Part shown: positions 24,002 through 35,942 of the stretch, one piece after another | Numbering within the stretch: position 1 is the stretch's first letter | Layout: every line of letters starts with the position of its first letter | Assembly: GCA_965219095.1 (NCBI GenBank) | Contig: CBDCMT010000001.1 | Location: forward strand, 1,280,001-1,344,000 | DNA: 64,000 bases | DNA from: Bdellovibrionales bacterium | GTDB taxonomy: Bacteria; Bdellovibrionota; Bdellovibrionia; Bdellovibrionales; UBA1609 | Reading direction: 5' to 3' | Translations under genes and position numbers: made by a program | The notes under the pieces: model-generated | The model's input: only the letters and a program-made list of their open reading frames with translations | What the model was told of the DNA's origin: nothing | Databases searched by the model: none

Positions 24002-25564
24002 ATGGAATTTTCCTATCGGACAAGGCAACAAAATCTCAAGAAATTATACAGGGATACCTTTGATCTTGTCATCTTAGGAGGTGGTATCAATGGTGTAGCT
24101 GTTACTCGTGATGCAGTATCTCGTGGATTGAAAACAGCTCTTATTGAAGCCTGTGACTACTCTTCTGCCACAAGCTCTGCTTCTAGTAAACTCATCCATG
24201 GAGGTTTAAGATATCTAGAGCAACTTCGCATTTTTTTAACTTTTGAGTCTCTAAAAGAAAAAAATTTTCTTCTCAAGTCATCACCTCATTTAGTAAAACC
24301 CTTAGATTTTGTATTCCCTATCTATAAAGGTGATCGTTTGTCTTCTTTTCACTTACAGGCAGGACTTTTTTTATATAATTTGCTTAGTGGCTTTAAAAAC
24401 AAATGTGAAAGGTTAAGTCATAAAGATGTTTTAAAGCTTTTTCCTCTTCTCAAAATAGAGGGACTTAAAACGAGTTTTTGTTACGAAGATGCTCAAATGG
24501 ATGATGCCGGCCTAACATTTGAAGTTCTCTTATCAGCTCATAGGAAGGGTTCTATATGCGTTAATTATGTCAGAGCCTTAAAATGCTTTTCCGATAGGGT
24601 GTTAGCAAAAGATACAATAAATAACGAAACATTTGAAATTAAAACTCGCCATATTGTATCCACACTAGGGCCTTGGACCGATATCTTTTCATCACAAAAC
24701 AACATGTCTTGGAAGCCTATCTTAAGCCTCAGAAAAGGGGTCCATCTTGTTTTTTCTCAAAACGATTTGCCTTCAAAAAAAGCTCTCGTGTTTCAAAAAG
24801 ATAAAAGAATTATTTTTGTGATTCCTCAAGCAAGAAATAAAGTTTTAGTAGGTACAACAGATACAGCTTTCAAAGGAGATCCTAGAACAGTTTGTGTGAC
24901 AAAGAATGATATTGATTATCTTTTTTCAGCTTTAAAGACTTATTTTCCTCAATTCGAAGCCTCTTATGGAAAGATTGTATCTTGTTTTGCAGGGGTCAGA
25001 CCTCTTGCCAAACAGTTTTACTTAAAAGAAACTCAGATTAGCAGAAAGGAGAAAATCATCAGAAAAGACAATATCACTTTTGTTATAGGAGGTAAATATA
25101 CAACTTTTAGACCAATCGCTAAAAAAGTCCTAAACTTCGTAACTCATAAAAAATATCTTCTTAAAGACGAACCTCTTCGAGAGCTAGACTTTAGTCAAAA
25201 TTTACAAGACAAAACGCATTTCTCTACTTTCTCGACTAAAGAACAGTGTTTTCAAAAAGTACCTCAAGCTGACTATCATTTTATAACAAAACGCTTCTCT
25301 CATCTCTATAAACATCTAGATGATGAAAAAAAAGCATGGGCTCTTTTAGCTCATTATGCCTTAGAAAGGACTATGTGCCTTTCTTTGAAAGATTTTTTTC
25401 GCCTCAGAACGGACTTAACTCTCTTTGAGCCTCAAAAAGCTTATGAGCTTATTGACTTCATAGCTTCCATTTTTGAAAAAGAAATGAAATGGAGCAAAAA
25501 AGAAATGTTGCAACAAAAAAAAGAGGCCTTAAACAGTTTGACCTTTTGTCGTCCTTGTTTCTAA
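24002..25564 (+). CDS. glpD: FAD-dependent glycerol-3-phosphate dehydrogenase
   Basis: GGGING, TSSASSKLIHGGLRYL, GTTD, AGVRPL and GGKYTT motifs. Confidence 0.88.
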   Translation: MEFSYRTRQQNLKKLYRDTFDLVILGGGINGVAVTRDAVSRGLKTALIEACDYSSATSSASSKLIHGGLRYLEQLRIFLTFESLKEKNFLLKSSPHLVKPLDFVFPIYKGDRLSSFHLQAGLFLYNLLSGFKNKCERLSHKDVLKLFPLLKIEGLKTSFCYEDAQMDDAGLTFEVLLSAHRKGSICVNYVRALKCFSDRVLAKDTINNETFEIKTRHIVSTLGPWTDIFSSQNNMSWKPILSLRKGVHLVFSQNDLPSKKALVFQKDKRIIFVIPQARNKVLVGTTDTAFKGDPRTVCVTKNDIDYLFSALKTYFPQFEASYGKIVSCFAGVRPLAKQFYLKETQISRKEKIIRKDNITFVIGGKYTTFRPIAKKVLNFVTHKKYLLKDEPLRELDFSQNLQDKTHFSTFSTKEQCFQKVPQADYHFITKRFSHLYKHLDDEKKAWALLAHYALERTMCLSLKDFFRLRTDLTLFEPQKAYELIDFIASIFEKEMKWSKKEMLQQKKEALNSLTFCRPCF

Positions 25565-25573
25565 AATAGTTTT

Positions 25574-26623
25574 ATGAACTTTGTAGAACGTTTTGGAGAT
25601 TATTTTTCCTACGATTTAGCTATTGATTTAGGAACAGCCAACACCTTAGTGTATGTGAAAAGTCATGGTATTGTTTTAGATGAGCCTTCCGTAGTAGCCG
25701 TTAGACAAACCATGGACGGCAGGCCCACTAAAGTTTTAGCGGTAGGAAAAGAAGCTAAAGAAATGTTAGGTCGGACTCCTGGAGGGATCGAAGCCATACG
25801 TCCTGTAAAAGATGGAGTTATTGCAGATTTTCACATCACACAAGCTATGTTGAAGTGTTTCATGCATAAGGCCATTAGTTATAGGAAGAGTATTTTAAAA
25901 CAAAGATTGCGGGTGATAGTTTGCGTACCCTATAACATCACACAAGTAGAAAAAAGAGCAGTCAAAGAAGCAGCTTACTCAGCAGGAGCAAGAGAAGTGT
26001 ATCTTATGGAGGAACCTATGGCTGCTGCCATAGGAGCAGAACTTCCTGTTACAGAACCTACAGGAAATATCATTGTAGATATTGGAGGAGGAACAACAAG
26101 TGTCTCTGTCATCTCTTTGGGAGGAATTATTTATTGCAAATCTATTAAAATCGCAGGTGACAAATTCGATGAGTCTATTGTGAATTACATTCATAGACAT
26201 TTTAAGCTCCTTATTGGAGAACCCACAGCAGAGTTTTTAAAAGTCAAAATTGGTAACGCCTATCCTTTTGAAACTCTCAAAATTATGGACGTAAAGGGGC
26301 GTGATTTAACTCTTGGTTCGCCAAAAGTCATAGAAGTCACAAGTGATCAAATAAGAGAAGCCTTGAACTCACCTTTAACAGCTATCTTAGATGCTGTAAG
26401 GCTGGCCTTAGAAAGAACACCACCTGAGTTAGCTTCGGACATTGTGGATAATGGCATCATTCTCACAGGAGGAGGAGCTTTACTTGCTAATCTAGATACT
26501 CTTTTAAGAGAAGCTACTCAAATTCCTGTGAGTGTAGCAGAAAGACCTCTTCGCTGTGTGGTCTTAGGAGCTGGTCAGATTCTGGATCAAATGGACCTTT
26601 TAAGACAACTGGAAGTTAGCTAA
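25574..26623 (+). CDS. mreB: Rod shape-determining actin MreB
   Basis: IDLGTANT, EPSVVA, EEPMAAAIGA, DIGGGT and LTGGGALL motifs. Confidence 0.96.
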   Translation: MNFVERFGDYFSYDLAIDLGTANTLVYVKSHGIVLDEPSVVAVRQTMDGRPTKVLAVGKEAKEMLGRTPGGIEAIRPVKDGVIADFHITQAMLKCFMHKAISYRKSILKQRLRVIVCVPYNITQVEKRAVKEAAYSAGAREVYLMEEPMAAAIGAELPVTEPTGNIIVDIGGGTTSVSVISLGGIIYCKSIKIAGDKFDESIVNYIHRHFKLLIGEPTAEFLKVKIGNAYPFETLKIMDVKGRDLTLGSPKVIEVTSDQIREALNSPLTAILDAVRLALERTPPELASDIVDNGIILTGGGALLANLDTLLREATQIPVSVAERPLRCVVLGAGQILDQMDLLRQLEVS

Positions 26624-26676
26624 TTTCCCTCTTATCTTACTCAAGTAAAGCACTTTTTTAGACGATAACGGAACAT

Positions 26677-27270
26677 ATGAACAAAAAAGATACAGCTTTT
26701 TTAGAAGGTCTTTGTCTAGGATTTTTCTTAGCATGCCTTTGGCTTCTTTTTCAAAATTATCAAAAAAAAGCCCCTACTCCAAAAACAAGTTCCCTAGCTT
26801 CAATAAAAAGAGACTCTCTTTCCATAAAGGACTCTTTGCTCAATCAAAAAGGTAAGAGAGCTACTCAAAAGGAAATCGAAAGACTCAACGAAAAGCTAAA
26901 GGAAGATTTCAAAAAATTAAGGACTAAAGCAATCCTCAAAACTCCTAAGCTTCATACAACAAGTTACGAAGACACACCTCTTTTTCATAAGCCCCCTGAT
27001 CATTTAGAATTAGGAGATATTTACCCAATAACAAAATACAACACTCCAAATAATTTAACAATAGAAGATGAAATTCAAGAAAAACTTGATCGACAAAGAT
27101 TCAAAAAAGATCTTGATAAAAGACAAGAAAAAGCCTTTGTCGAAGCTTTTATTCAGAAAGCAAAAAAATTAGGATACATTGTTATTGTGAATAAGAACTT
27201 AGAGATTGTCCGTATACAAAAAAACGTACCAAGAACTTTTAACTCTACTAAAAATAAAAATAAGAAATGA
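26677..27270 (+). CDS. Hypothetical protein with N-terminal membrane anchor
   Basis: 197-aa ORF with a hydrophobic N-terminal segment; not MreC-like. Confidence 0.7.
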   Translation: MNKKDTAFLEGLCLGFFLACLWLLFQNYQKKAPTPKTSSLASIKRDSLSIKDSLLNQKGKRATQKEIERLNEKLKEDFKKLRTKAILKTPKLHTTSYEDTPLFHKPPDHLELGDIYPITKYNTPNNLTIEDEIQEKLDRQRFKKDLDKRQEKAFVEAFIQKAKKLGYIVIVNKNLEIVRIQKNVPRTFNSTKNKNKK

Positions 27271-27441
27271 TGCAATTATAAAATTTAATTCGACACTTTT
27301 CATTTCCAAATTATGGAAATTTTGAGGAGTGACTTAAGAAAATATAATGCTTCAAAATCCACATAAAGAGCGGGATCAGAGTTTTTGTCAAAATGTCTTG
27401 ATAACATAAAGTTTTATATAAACATCTATGAAAAGAAAATA

Positions 27442-27563
27442 TGGATGACCAACCTTTTTGAAAGGCTGAGACTTAAAAATCCTGATTAGAAGAGTTAGAC
27501 TCATCTAAGAAGTAAACTCATAAAAAGGAGCTTACTATTAACAACAAAAAAGGAGGTCATCCA
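27442..27563. repeat. 122-bp MITE-like structured repeat, copy 1
   Basis: Terminal IR TGGATGACC...GGTCATCCA with internal hairpins; inverted second copy at 37632..37755. Confidence 0.75.
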
Positions 27564-28041
27564 TATTTTCTTTTTACCTCCGATCTGTTTTTACAGAGTA
27601 GTGGAAAACGCTGAAGTCGTACCCATTCTTAAAAAGAAGTTCTCTGCTCTCCTTTTCGAAAGGTAAAAATTACATCACTATAAAAAATTTATACAGTTTT
27701 TATAGTTTTAAAAAAAATAGTTTGTGTTTTTAACTTCTTTATGATAGACTCACTTTAATGATTATGAAAACAAAAAACTGGAAGTCTATAACGTTTAAAG
27801 AAGTAGGTGACAATTTTTGTCACCTTTTGAATTTTTTTACAGTCTTAGAGGCTCAGCTTTACATAATAAGGAGTTAAGCTTGGAATAGTTTTTGTAATAC
27901 ATAATTTTAGAAAGGTTAAAGCTCCTTACCTAGATATAAGAAAATAGGATTTAAAAACAAAAAAATGAAAGATAGCTATTTGAAATAAATATCTTTCACA
28001 AACAAAAGGAGGATGTTATGAAACCAAATAACAATAATATA

Positions 28042-31000
28042 CCTGAGTTCGTGCTCAAAAATGTACACTACAGACGGACGTTTTTTTGACAAGACTTTTT
28101 CCAATAGATCTTAGTATTTTTTCTTGAACTTTATTCAAAGCTACTGTTTTGATAAGTCTAGTTTTATTTTTTCGGTCATAAAGATAGACATTATACATGC
28201 TACCGAGTTCTTCAAGAGCTTCCTCTGGAGACATCTGCATCTTTTCAAGCTTCATTTTTAGAATTGAAAGTATCAGACAAGATAAATAGCATATAAAGAC
28301 ATGTGATTGAACTCTGTTGTAAAGCCAATGACGAATTGGTCTCAAATTTGTTATTCCCTTTAAGGTCCTAAAAGATTTTTCAATTATCTCTTTCTTATAG
28401 TACAAATTAACAATATCTTTTGTAGAGATCTTTTTTGTAGAAAATATACAAGAGTAACCATCAAACTCAGATTCTAAATTCAACCGATCTCTTCTTAATC
28501 TTCCTGTTGGAGTAAGGTATTTTTCCAAACCTGGTTTTATATTTTTATTTTTGCCTCCTCAAAAGAATCTGTGGGTTCCCGGAGGTTCTGGCAGTTTTCC
28601 AAGGTTATGATATAAGGCGATTTTTATAGCTTTAGAGGTTCTAAAGCCGTAAGATTTTCTCATAGTGAGTTTTACTTTGTTGTTTAAACCCTCTACAATC
28701 CCTGGAGAAGGTTTTTTTAGCCTTGAAGTAATTAAGAATAAGTAGCTTATGTCTTCGTATGGTTTTTGCTTTTCTTTTCATAGGTTCAATTTTTGAAAGC
28801 ATGACTCGTCTCGTCCAACTGTCTATAAATTTACCAGCCCAAGTTGGTGAAACATAGGTCCATAACTGTCGGAAGTCTTCTTTTAAAAGATAACAGAGGA
28901 TACTTTTTAAATTGTACTGTATTAAATGCCTTAATTTTACTTTTTCATAAGATTTTAAATTTTCTGCATTTTTTAACAAGGGCCATCTAGCTTTTGTTAA
29001 AAGGGGTTCATACCCGTCTTCTTTCATTTTTTTGTGTTCTGAAGCTCTCACTTCGTCTAAAGCCTTATTGAGTCTTGCTACGATATGAAACCGATCTAAT
29101 ATGTGTAAAGCTCCACTTGCCCTCTCCTTTATGACTTTTAAATAAGGCTTCCACATATCAGAACACACAAACCGTATATCTTTTGACTTCTCTCCTAGTA
29201 AATCAAAGAATTTTCTAAAACTCTTTTCTGTTCTTTTTTCTCCTATCCATAGCAAACGAACACTTTCTTTGCTTATTTCATAGACTAAGGTGAGATACTG
29301 ATGGTTCTTTTTCCATTGTATTTCATCTACACCTATAGCTTGTATTCCCTTTAAAACCCTTTGTTTTAAACCATATTCTACGACCCATTCTACCGAAGCA
29401 TAGACCTGATTCCAACTGACATGAAACTTACAAGAAACCTCTTTCCAAGACAGGTGACGACACCAGTCTGCTAAATACTTCATGTAAAAGATCGTTAAAC
29501 TCTTCTTACCATCGGCCCAAGGTAAATGTTCAACTTTTACCCCACAGCAAGGACAATTAACTCTTCTTACAAAATAAACAAAAAACACCCTGTAACTTAA
29601 AATAGGAAGGGATTCAAAGTCCCGTGATGATTTACTGCTGTCATACACTGAACAGGGCTTCTTACAAACACTACAAAAAGCTTGGCCATTTTTACGAGCC
29701 TTAATAGGAACATTAATTGACTTTCTATCTTTTGAAAAATAAATGTCTCCGTATACAAAAGACTTCCATCTTAAACAATCATTTAGTATAGTCTTCAAAA
29801 GCATCTCTTCCCTCCTTTTTTTTTTTTTTTTGAATAACATTTTAAGGCATCTGGGAAGTAGGTGCTTCTTTTTTAAAATTTTAATGTAACACAGCAAATA
29901 AAAGCAAATAAAATGAATGTTTTTGAGTTCAATCACCGGAGGTGATAGAGGCCAGTAAGGGCCTCAAAGAACTCAAAAATACAAGATAGAATGTCTTACT
30001 CTTACTTTGATTAATATGAGCTCTTTTGGGGGATTTCTACTACTTTTCACCCACAGATTCCCGGGAGGAGCCTTATTTTTAGACAAAAGAATTTGTGCGT
30101 TTGCAATTTCGTCCAAACGAGATTCTCTTATATCTAAAGCTCTCCTTTGATTGTAACAAACAACTAAACGTCCTTTGATTTTTCCAACATTGTGATTAAT
30201 GCTCTGAGCATACAAGGTACCACTTGATAACCTGATGCGATGGGATACATCAACAATAGAGTCTAGCCTTATCATTTTTCTAATCAAATCCTTCTCTTTT
30301 TTTCTGAGAGCAATCCCACAAAGCGTATTCCAGCCCAAATCATTGATTTCATTGAGGTTTCTCTCTGAAAAAATGCCTCTGTCGTAAACAAACATTCCTC
30401 CACTTAGTCCATAGTTTGCAAATCCATCGGATAAACTTAGTAGAGTCCTGCTATCGTGTATGTTTCCACTAAAAGTTTTATGAAACACTGGTATTCCTTC
30501 TTTTTGAGTTGTCACCAAACCAATTTGAATCAAAGGATTTCCACGTTTCCCATCCTTACTCTTTCCTAATTTTCCAAGCTGACATTTGCTACCATAAAGG
30601 TATGTATTGGTAACATCGTACACCAACCCTTTTAGCTCAAGATTGTACCTTTTCTGAACACCTTGAAATATTTTCTTCTGTAAATTTTCTGGATCACTCT
30701 CTAAAGAATCTAGAGCAGAAAGCAAACGACTTTCGGTTAGATCCTCTAAATTTAGCAAAGTGTTTAAATCTGTTCTCTCATACCATTTTGGCATTTTTCT
30801 AAGGCTTTTGTAATCTAAACAGTGAGCATAGACCATGCTTAATATTTCATTGGAGTATTGGCCAAGAGATTTTTGCAAATCTATTTCCCTAGCTATTTTA
30901 TCTAAAACAAGCAAAGGACCATAAACCTTGACCTTTTCTATTTCAAGATCAGATGAACTCATTGAAATTACAGTTTCACCATTCTCTTCCTTCCCGATGT

Positions 31001-31268
31001 ACCGAATATGCTTTTGGATAACTTTTCCATCAACCCTTTTGTTCTCTACTTCTGCAAGATATGTTACCTTTCCTCTTTTTATTCTTCTGATAAAGCTCAT
31101 ATTTCTCCCTCCTATAGTGTAATATATTACACTATAAAGGAAAATGCAAGGCAAGTTATTTTTTGTGATTTTATCTAAAAATTGAAAATTCCCCTATGAA
31201 AACTGAGATTTTTATGGAAAATGGGAAATTATAGCTTTGTAGTGTACATTTTTAGTCACGAGTTTAGG
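28042..31268 (-). mobile_element. Second copy of the 9057 IS1634-type element, interrupted by ISL3
   Basis: Same IRs, 7-bp duplication TAATATA; ORF halves 29973..31154 and 28055..28528. Confidence 0.92.
28553..30072 (-). mobile_element. ISL3-family element, transposase frameshifted near its 3' end
   Basis: 24-bp imperfect IRs (GGCTCCTCCCGGGAATCTGTGGGT), 8-bp duplication TTATTTTT; CxxC zinc finger, IGVDE, CSDMW and DRFH motifs. Confidence 0.93.
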
Positions 31269-31680
31269 TAATATAAGGAAGGTTTTAATAGCTTTATTTG
31301 CTATGGGAGCTTTAATAAACTTAAGCTTTCCTGCTTTTTCTGAAGATCTGGATCCTGAATATGTGGATTGCTCTAAATACTTTAAAAAAGAGTTAAGAGA
31401 AGTTATTTCCGAAGGAAGAATTAATATTTTCAGAAAAATATTAGAACAGTGTCAAGTTGAAGTACCTGTGAATTATAGGATTGGTTATAAAAATGAAACT
31501 ATGTTGGAATATGCCCTTGATGTTGATCGAAAAGAAATGGCAAAACTTCTTTTGTCACACAAAGCTGATGCGAATAATGAACCAGCACAAAATGCACTTA
31601 CGAAAGCAATAGAAAATGGAGATTTAACTTTTGCAAAAGCTCTTAATAAAAATGGTGCTAATTTAAGATATAGACTTATA

Positions 31681-32817
31681 TAGTGCTTCCGTTTAGGTTT
31701 TCAGGTTCCTAAGATGGAGAAGTTATCAGTTATCAAAGTTTCTAATTTAGGCCTGTGTTTTCGTATTCCTCTAAAAAATTGACTTAAACTTCCCTTGAAA
31801 TCGTCATAGTTTTCATAATATCGATTCGCCGTGACCTCTTTTTTCATAAACTTCCAAAGCCTTTCTATAGGATTTAAATTCGGTGAGTACGGAAGAAGAT
31901 AAACAAGTTTTATATTCAACTCTTTCGCGAACTTCTTGACAGACTTCGATCTATTGTATCCGGCCCCATCTAAGATAAGATGAATCTCTTTTTCATCGGA
32001 ATACTTCTTAATGAATATGATAGAGCATATCACATAGAAAAACTTCGTTAACTGTCTTATAACTCCTGACTACCGTCTTCAAACTATTGATCTCAATAGC
32101 TCCACAAACATTCACTCTTTTTCTCCAGCCTGAATTGGTCTTCACTTCAAACTTCTTACCCTCTCTTATCCAACCATATGAAATCGTAGGGCCCCACTCA
32201 GGATGTGTGGAATCAGCAAAGTAAACAGGACCGTCTTTCTTCTTAATTCTCTTGTATTTACGCACAAACTTTTCCTGCTCTTCTTTCTTTACCTTACCTG
32301 GTATCGCTGTGGCTTTTTTATAAGAAAAACCAAGGCAATGGAGAAGATCAATTACACCACTTGTTAAAGTACGTAACACCAAAATTCTCCTCAATGAACT
32401 GAATAAGGGCCTGTGATGATGGAAAAATTCTTTTCTCTAATTCCTTTAAAAGCATTTTCTCCTCTTTCTTAGTTAAAAAGGACCTTTTAGGTTGTAATTG
32501 TCGTTGATTAAGCACTCTATCCCGCCTTTGTTATAACGATCTCTACAGGCTCTTATCGTGCCCTCATCAATGAAAAGAAAACGGGAAATATCTTTACACA
32601 ACTCACCTTTATCTAAATGGAGAATTGTCATAATCCTTTTTGCGTATTTAAGATTTTTCTCTAGAGATAGTTCATAGAGTAAATCTTTTCGCTCTTTTTT
32701 TGATAGAAACCCTGATATATGAAACTATTTTTAAAAATAAATGACTTTTTATCAAGACCTTAGAACAAAAACTAGACCTCAACTCAAAAAAAACGGAAAA
32801 TCTAAACGGAAGCACTA
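31681..32817 (-). mobile_element. IS630 type B copy 4, inside the ankyrin gene
   Basis: IRs, TA duplication, multiple frameshifts, start codon ATA. Confidence 0.92.
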
Positions 32818-33550
32818 TATATGCAGTAAGGACAAGAGATTCAAATCTTGTAAAGTCTCTTCTCGAATTTCCAGTAATAAATGTAAATTATAAAGATTAT
32901 GAAACAGAAATGACAACACTTATGTGGGCAGCAATTAAAGGACAGTCCGATATTGTAGAGCTTCTTTCTAAAGTTAAAGGTTTAGATGTAAATGCTAAAG
33001 ATAATGGCGGAAGGACAACACTTATGTGGGCAGCAATTGGAGGATTTTTCCATAGTGTAAAGTTTCTTTCTAAAGTTAAAGGTTTAGATGTAAATGCTAA
33101 AGATAATAACGGAATGACAGCACTTATGTTGGCCGCAAGTAAAGGACGTCTCGATAATGTAAAGGTTCTTTCTAAAGTTTCAAATGTAAATGCTAAAGAT
33201 AATAGCGGAAGGACAGCACTTATGCATGCAGAAATTCAAGGACATTTAGATGTAGTAGACTTTCTCAAAGGACTGGTATTGAAAAAGTAAAGTCAGAAAA
33301 CTGTATTATGAGCCTGTAAATTAAATTGTGTAACTGATTTTTTCATTTTAAATATCACTTCCTTGACAAACAGCCATGTATCCTTTTGAAGGTTGTTTTT
33401 TTATAAACCTAGTACAGCATAACATAGTTATGTGAGTCGGTTGCTATTCTCCCTACCATTTTCTTGAGGAGTTTGTTCGTGATTTGTTCGTGATTAACTA
33501 TCCAAAACTGTGAAAAAGTGTGTGCATTTGGCCTGAAACAAGGAAGTGTT

Positions 33551-34121
33551 ATACCAATTACAGAAATTAATTCGACATTTTTATGTTCAAATTTAAAATT
33601 TTAAAATTGACTTAAGGAAAAGTTTCAATTAGGAGGCTTTAAAAAAGTTTTTTTTGAAGGGAGGTTGAGTTTTCATAAGATATGTTTATTTTATGTATAT
33701 CTATTGTTGTGTGAATCGATTGATGGGTTAAAATAAGTGTAAAAAAGTGAGGTTAAGATGTAAAATGAAAAAAATCAGTTACGCAATTTAATTTATAGGT
33801 TCAAATTAATTTACAAGCTTGATTCATCTTGTTGTTTTGCCCAAGATCGAGTGCATAATTTTTTAATCCTGCCCTCCTGATCGCAAAAAGTATTCCAGGC
33901 CTCACAACAAGTATTCAGTATATGGTCATAGTTTTTAAAACATGCATTCGATAATTTGATCCTTCGTAATTGTTGCCAGACTTGTTCCATGGGATTTAAT
34001 TCTGGACTATAAGGAGGTAAAGGCATCATGGATAAATTCTTAGGAACTATCAAAGTCTCTGTGGTATGCCAACTGGCTCTGTCCATTAAAACAATTCCAT
34101 GATAGTTTTCTTGAATATTTT
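33551..34121 (-). mobile_element. 3' half of a second IS630 type A element
   Basis: Reverse complement of about 1584-2153 including the right IR. Confidence 0.9.
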
Positions 34122-34169
34122 GCCTCCTCAAAAGAATCTGTGGGTTCCCGGAGGTTCTTTTGAGGAGGC
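34122..34169. mobile_element. 48-bp head-to-head fusion of two ISL3 right ends
   Basis: GCCTCCTCAAAAGAA...TTCTTTTGAGGAGGC palindromic junction. Confidence 0.8.
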
Positions 34170-34505
34170 AAAAAATTAAGAATCTATCAGGGTAAGTAAT
34201 CGTAAGCAGAAAATAGGCCTAAAGAATCCCTTTAAAAGCTTGATAGCTAAACTATCAAGTAAAAAAAGCTCATCATCCACACCTACATGGAAAAACAAAA
34301 TCATTCAAGACGTAGCTCTCTTTTTTAGCGGTCTTTTTTGAACAAGTTGATAAAAGGCTTAACGGACTTAAGACTTAAGAAAAGAAAAAAAAGCTCTCTT
34401 CTTTTCTCTTCATGAGACAAGTATGGTTCAAAAAAACACTTTTTTCATAGGAGGCTTGCTTTAAAAAGAACCTTAGGTTATGGTAAAATTAGGGGGATGT
34501 GGTAG

Positions 34506-35337
34506 ATGAGTAGAGAGAGAGAGAGCGTCATGGATTCCTCTAATAACGTGTGTAACAAACTTCTTTGTCTGCTTTTTTGGTTTTTCTTTTCGAAAAAACC
34601 AAGCTAAAGAAAAACAAAAAGGATTTACTGTACTAGAGCTTCTTGTAACAGTAGCCATAGTTGGGGTTTTAGCTAGCATAGGATACTCAGCCTATAACAA
34701 CTACAAAAGAAAGGCTATTGCTTCTAACGGAAAAGTCTTAGTGTCTAATCTTTTCACAATGTACAAAACTGTGCTTTATGAACAAAATCCTAAGACAACA
34801 CTGGTAACCGGTCTGGGTGGGGGGACTTTCTCTGGCTTTAGCACTTACACTGAAGGCTTTGGTTTTAGGGATGCTTTTTATGATTTAGCATGTGATAAGA
34901 ATGACGGATCTGTATCTTACTTTACAAGTCAAGTTATTGTCTATTTTGATAGAACAAACTTTGATAGAACAAACCCTTTAAATCCACACGCAATTCTCAC
35001 TACTTTTTATTTAGGAGGCAATGGCAACGATAATCATTCAGAAGAATGTCCTAGCAAGTACGAATTTAAAGATAGTACCGACCGGACTACATCTGCTAGC
35101 AGATTACCATTAGTCAATTATCCTCCCCCACAAAGCGTATATCCAAATAGCCTTCATTTTAATTATTGTGAAAGTAATAACCCTACTCCTGGTGGTGTTC
35201 CTAACCCAATTTGTTATGATGGTGTCGGTGTTGAGATGTACCTAAACAAAACCATAAGAGTTTGCCTTAACCTTGATGGTTTGGCAACTGATAGCACGAA
35301 AGATTGGACTCCTAAAGAATGCGGTGGCTCTCTTTAA
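34506..35337 (+). CDS. Type IV pilin-like protein whose start codon is out of frame (frameshifted or phase-off)
   Basis: KEKQKG|FTVLELLVTVAIVGVLASIG prepilin motif at 34606-34683 in frame with ORF 34741..35337; Cys-rich C-terminus; ATGs at 34506 and 34530 lie in another frame. Confidence 0.8.
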
Positions 35338-35942
35338 TAGAGTAAAAAAATCTTTTTCCCTTTACATTTTAAATAAACCTTACACAGACAAAAGAAACTT
35401 CATAAGAATAAAAACAAAAAAATAAGAACTTCGCAAACCCTACTACATAAAAAAAATGGCCTCTTCAAAAGAATCTGATTCTTTAAAACTTCCTATTCCA
35501 GTCACTTACAAGAAAAAAGTAAAAGAAAGGGTTAAAAAGCTTTTAAGCTCAAATGAGCATACTTAGTGTGTGTAACTATTTTTTTTCACTTTTCTGAGTT
35601 TTTGAGCTTTGAAAGCTCTTTGTCTTTTTTCTCAAACAAAGCTTCATTTTCCTCAAACAAAACTTGTATGAGTCGAAATAGTGGAGTAATTTTTAACGTA
35701 ACATACTTCATTTACTTCTTTTTTTCAAATTTTAATAAAAATAGTATTGCAAAAAAGACGGTATTATGAGATTGCAATTCTTTTTAAAACATGACTTCTA
35801 AAGTTATCACTTCTAAACCCTCTTGTTCTTTTAAATAAGCAAATTTAAGAAAAAATCTGAGCCTTTAAAAATCAAAGAAAGCTAAAAGGTGGAGTTTACG
35901 ACCTAAGTTTGACAACACAAGAGATACATAAACATTTTCTGA

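Larger units (their letters stand above)
28018..33290 (+). pseudogene. Secreted ankyrin-repeat protein gene split into 28018..28041, 31276..31680 and 32820..33290 by IS insertions
   Basis: Removing the elements and their duplications restores one frame of about 299 aa after an AGGAGG site; signal peptide then T.LM.AA..G....V..L....DVNAKDN repeats. Confidence 0.88.

Noticed and set aside
26677..27270. mreC downstream of mreB
   Set aside because: No MreC beta-rich C-terminal motifs; left as hypothetical
33340..33545. Possible further IS110-type end or RNA, with an 11-bp tandem TTTGTTCGTGA
   Set aside because: Only short motif resemblance, with no supporting ORF or second copy
34480..34509. 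TGA read-through or an alternative genetic code giving the pilin an in-frame start at 34480
   Set aside because: TGA serves as a normal stop in other genes here and TGG is used for Trp
34473..34679. 68-aa minus-strand ORF
   Set aside because: Antisense shadow of the prepilin N-terminus
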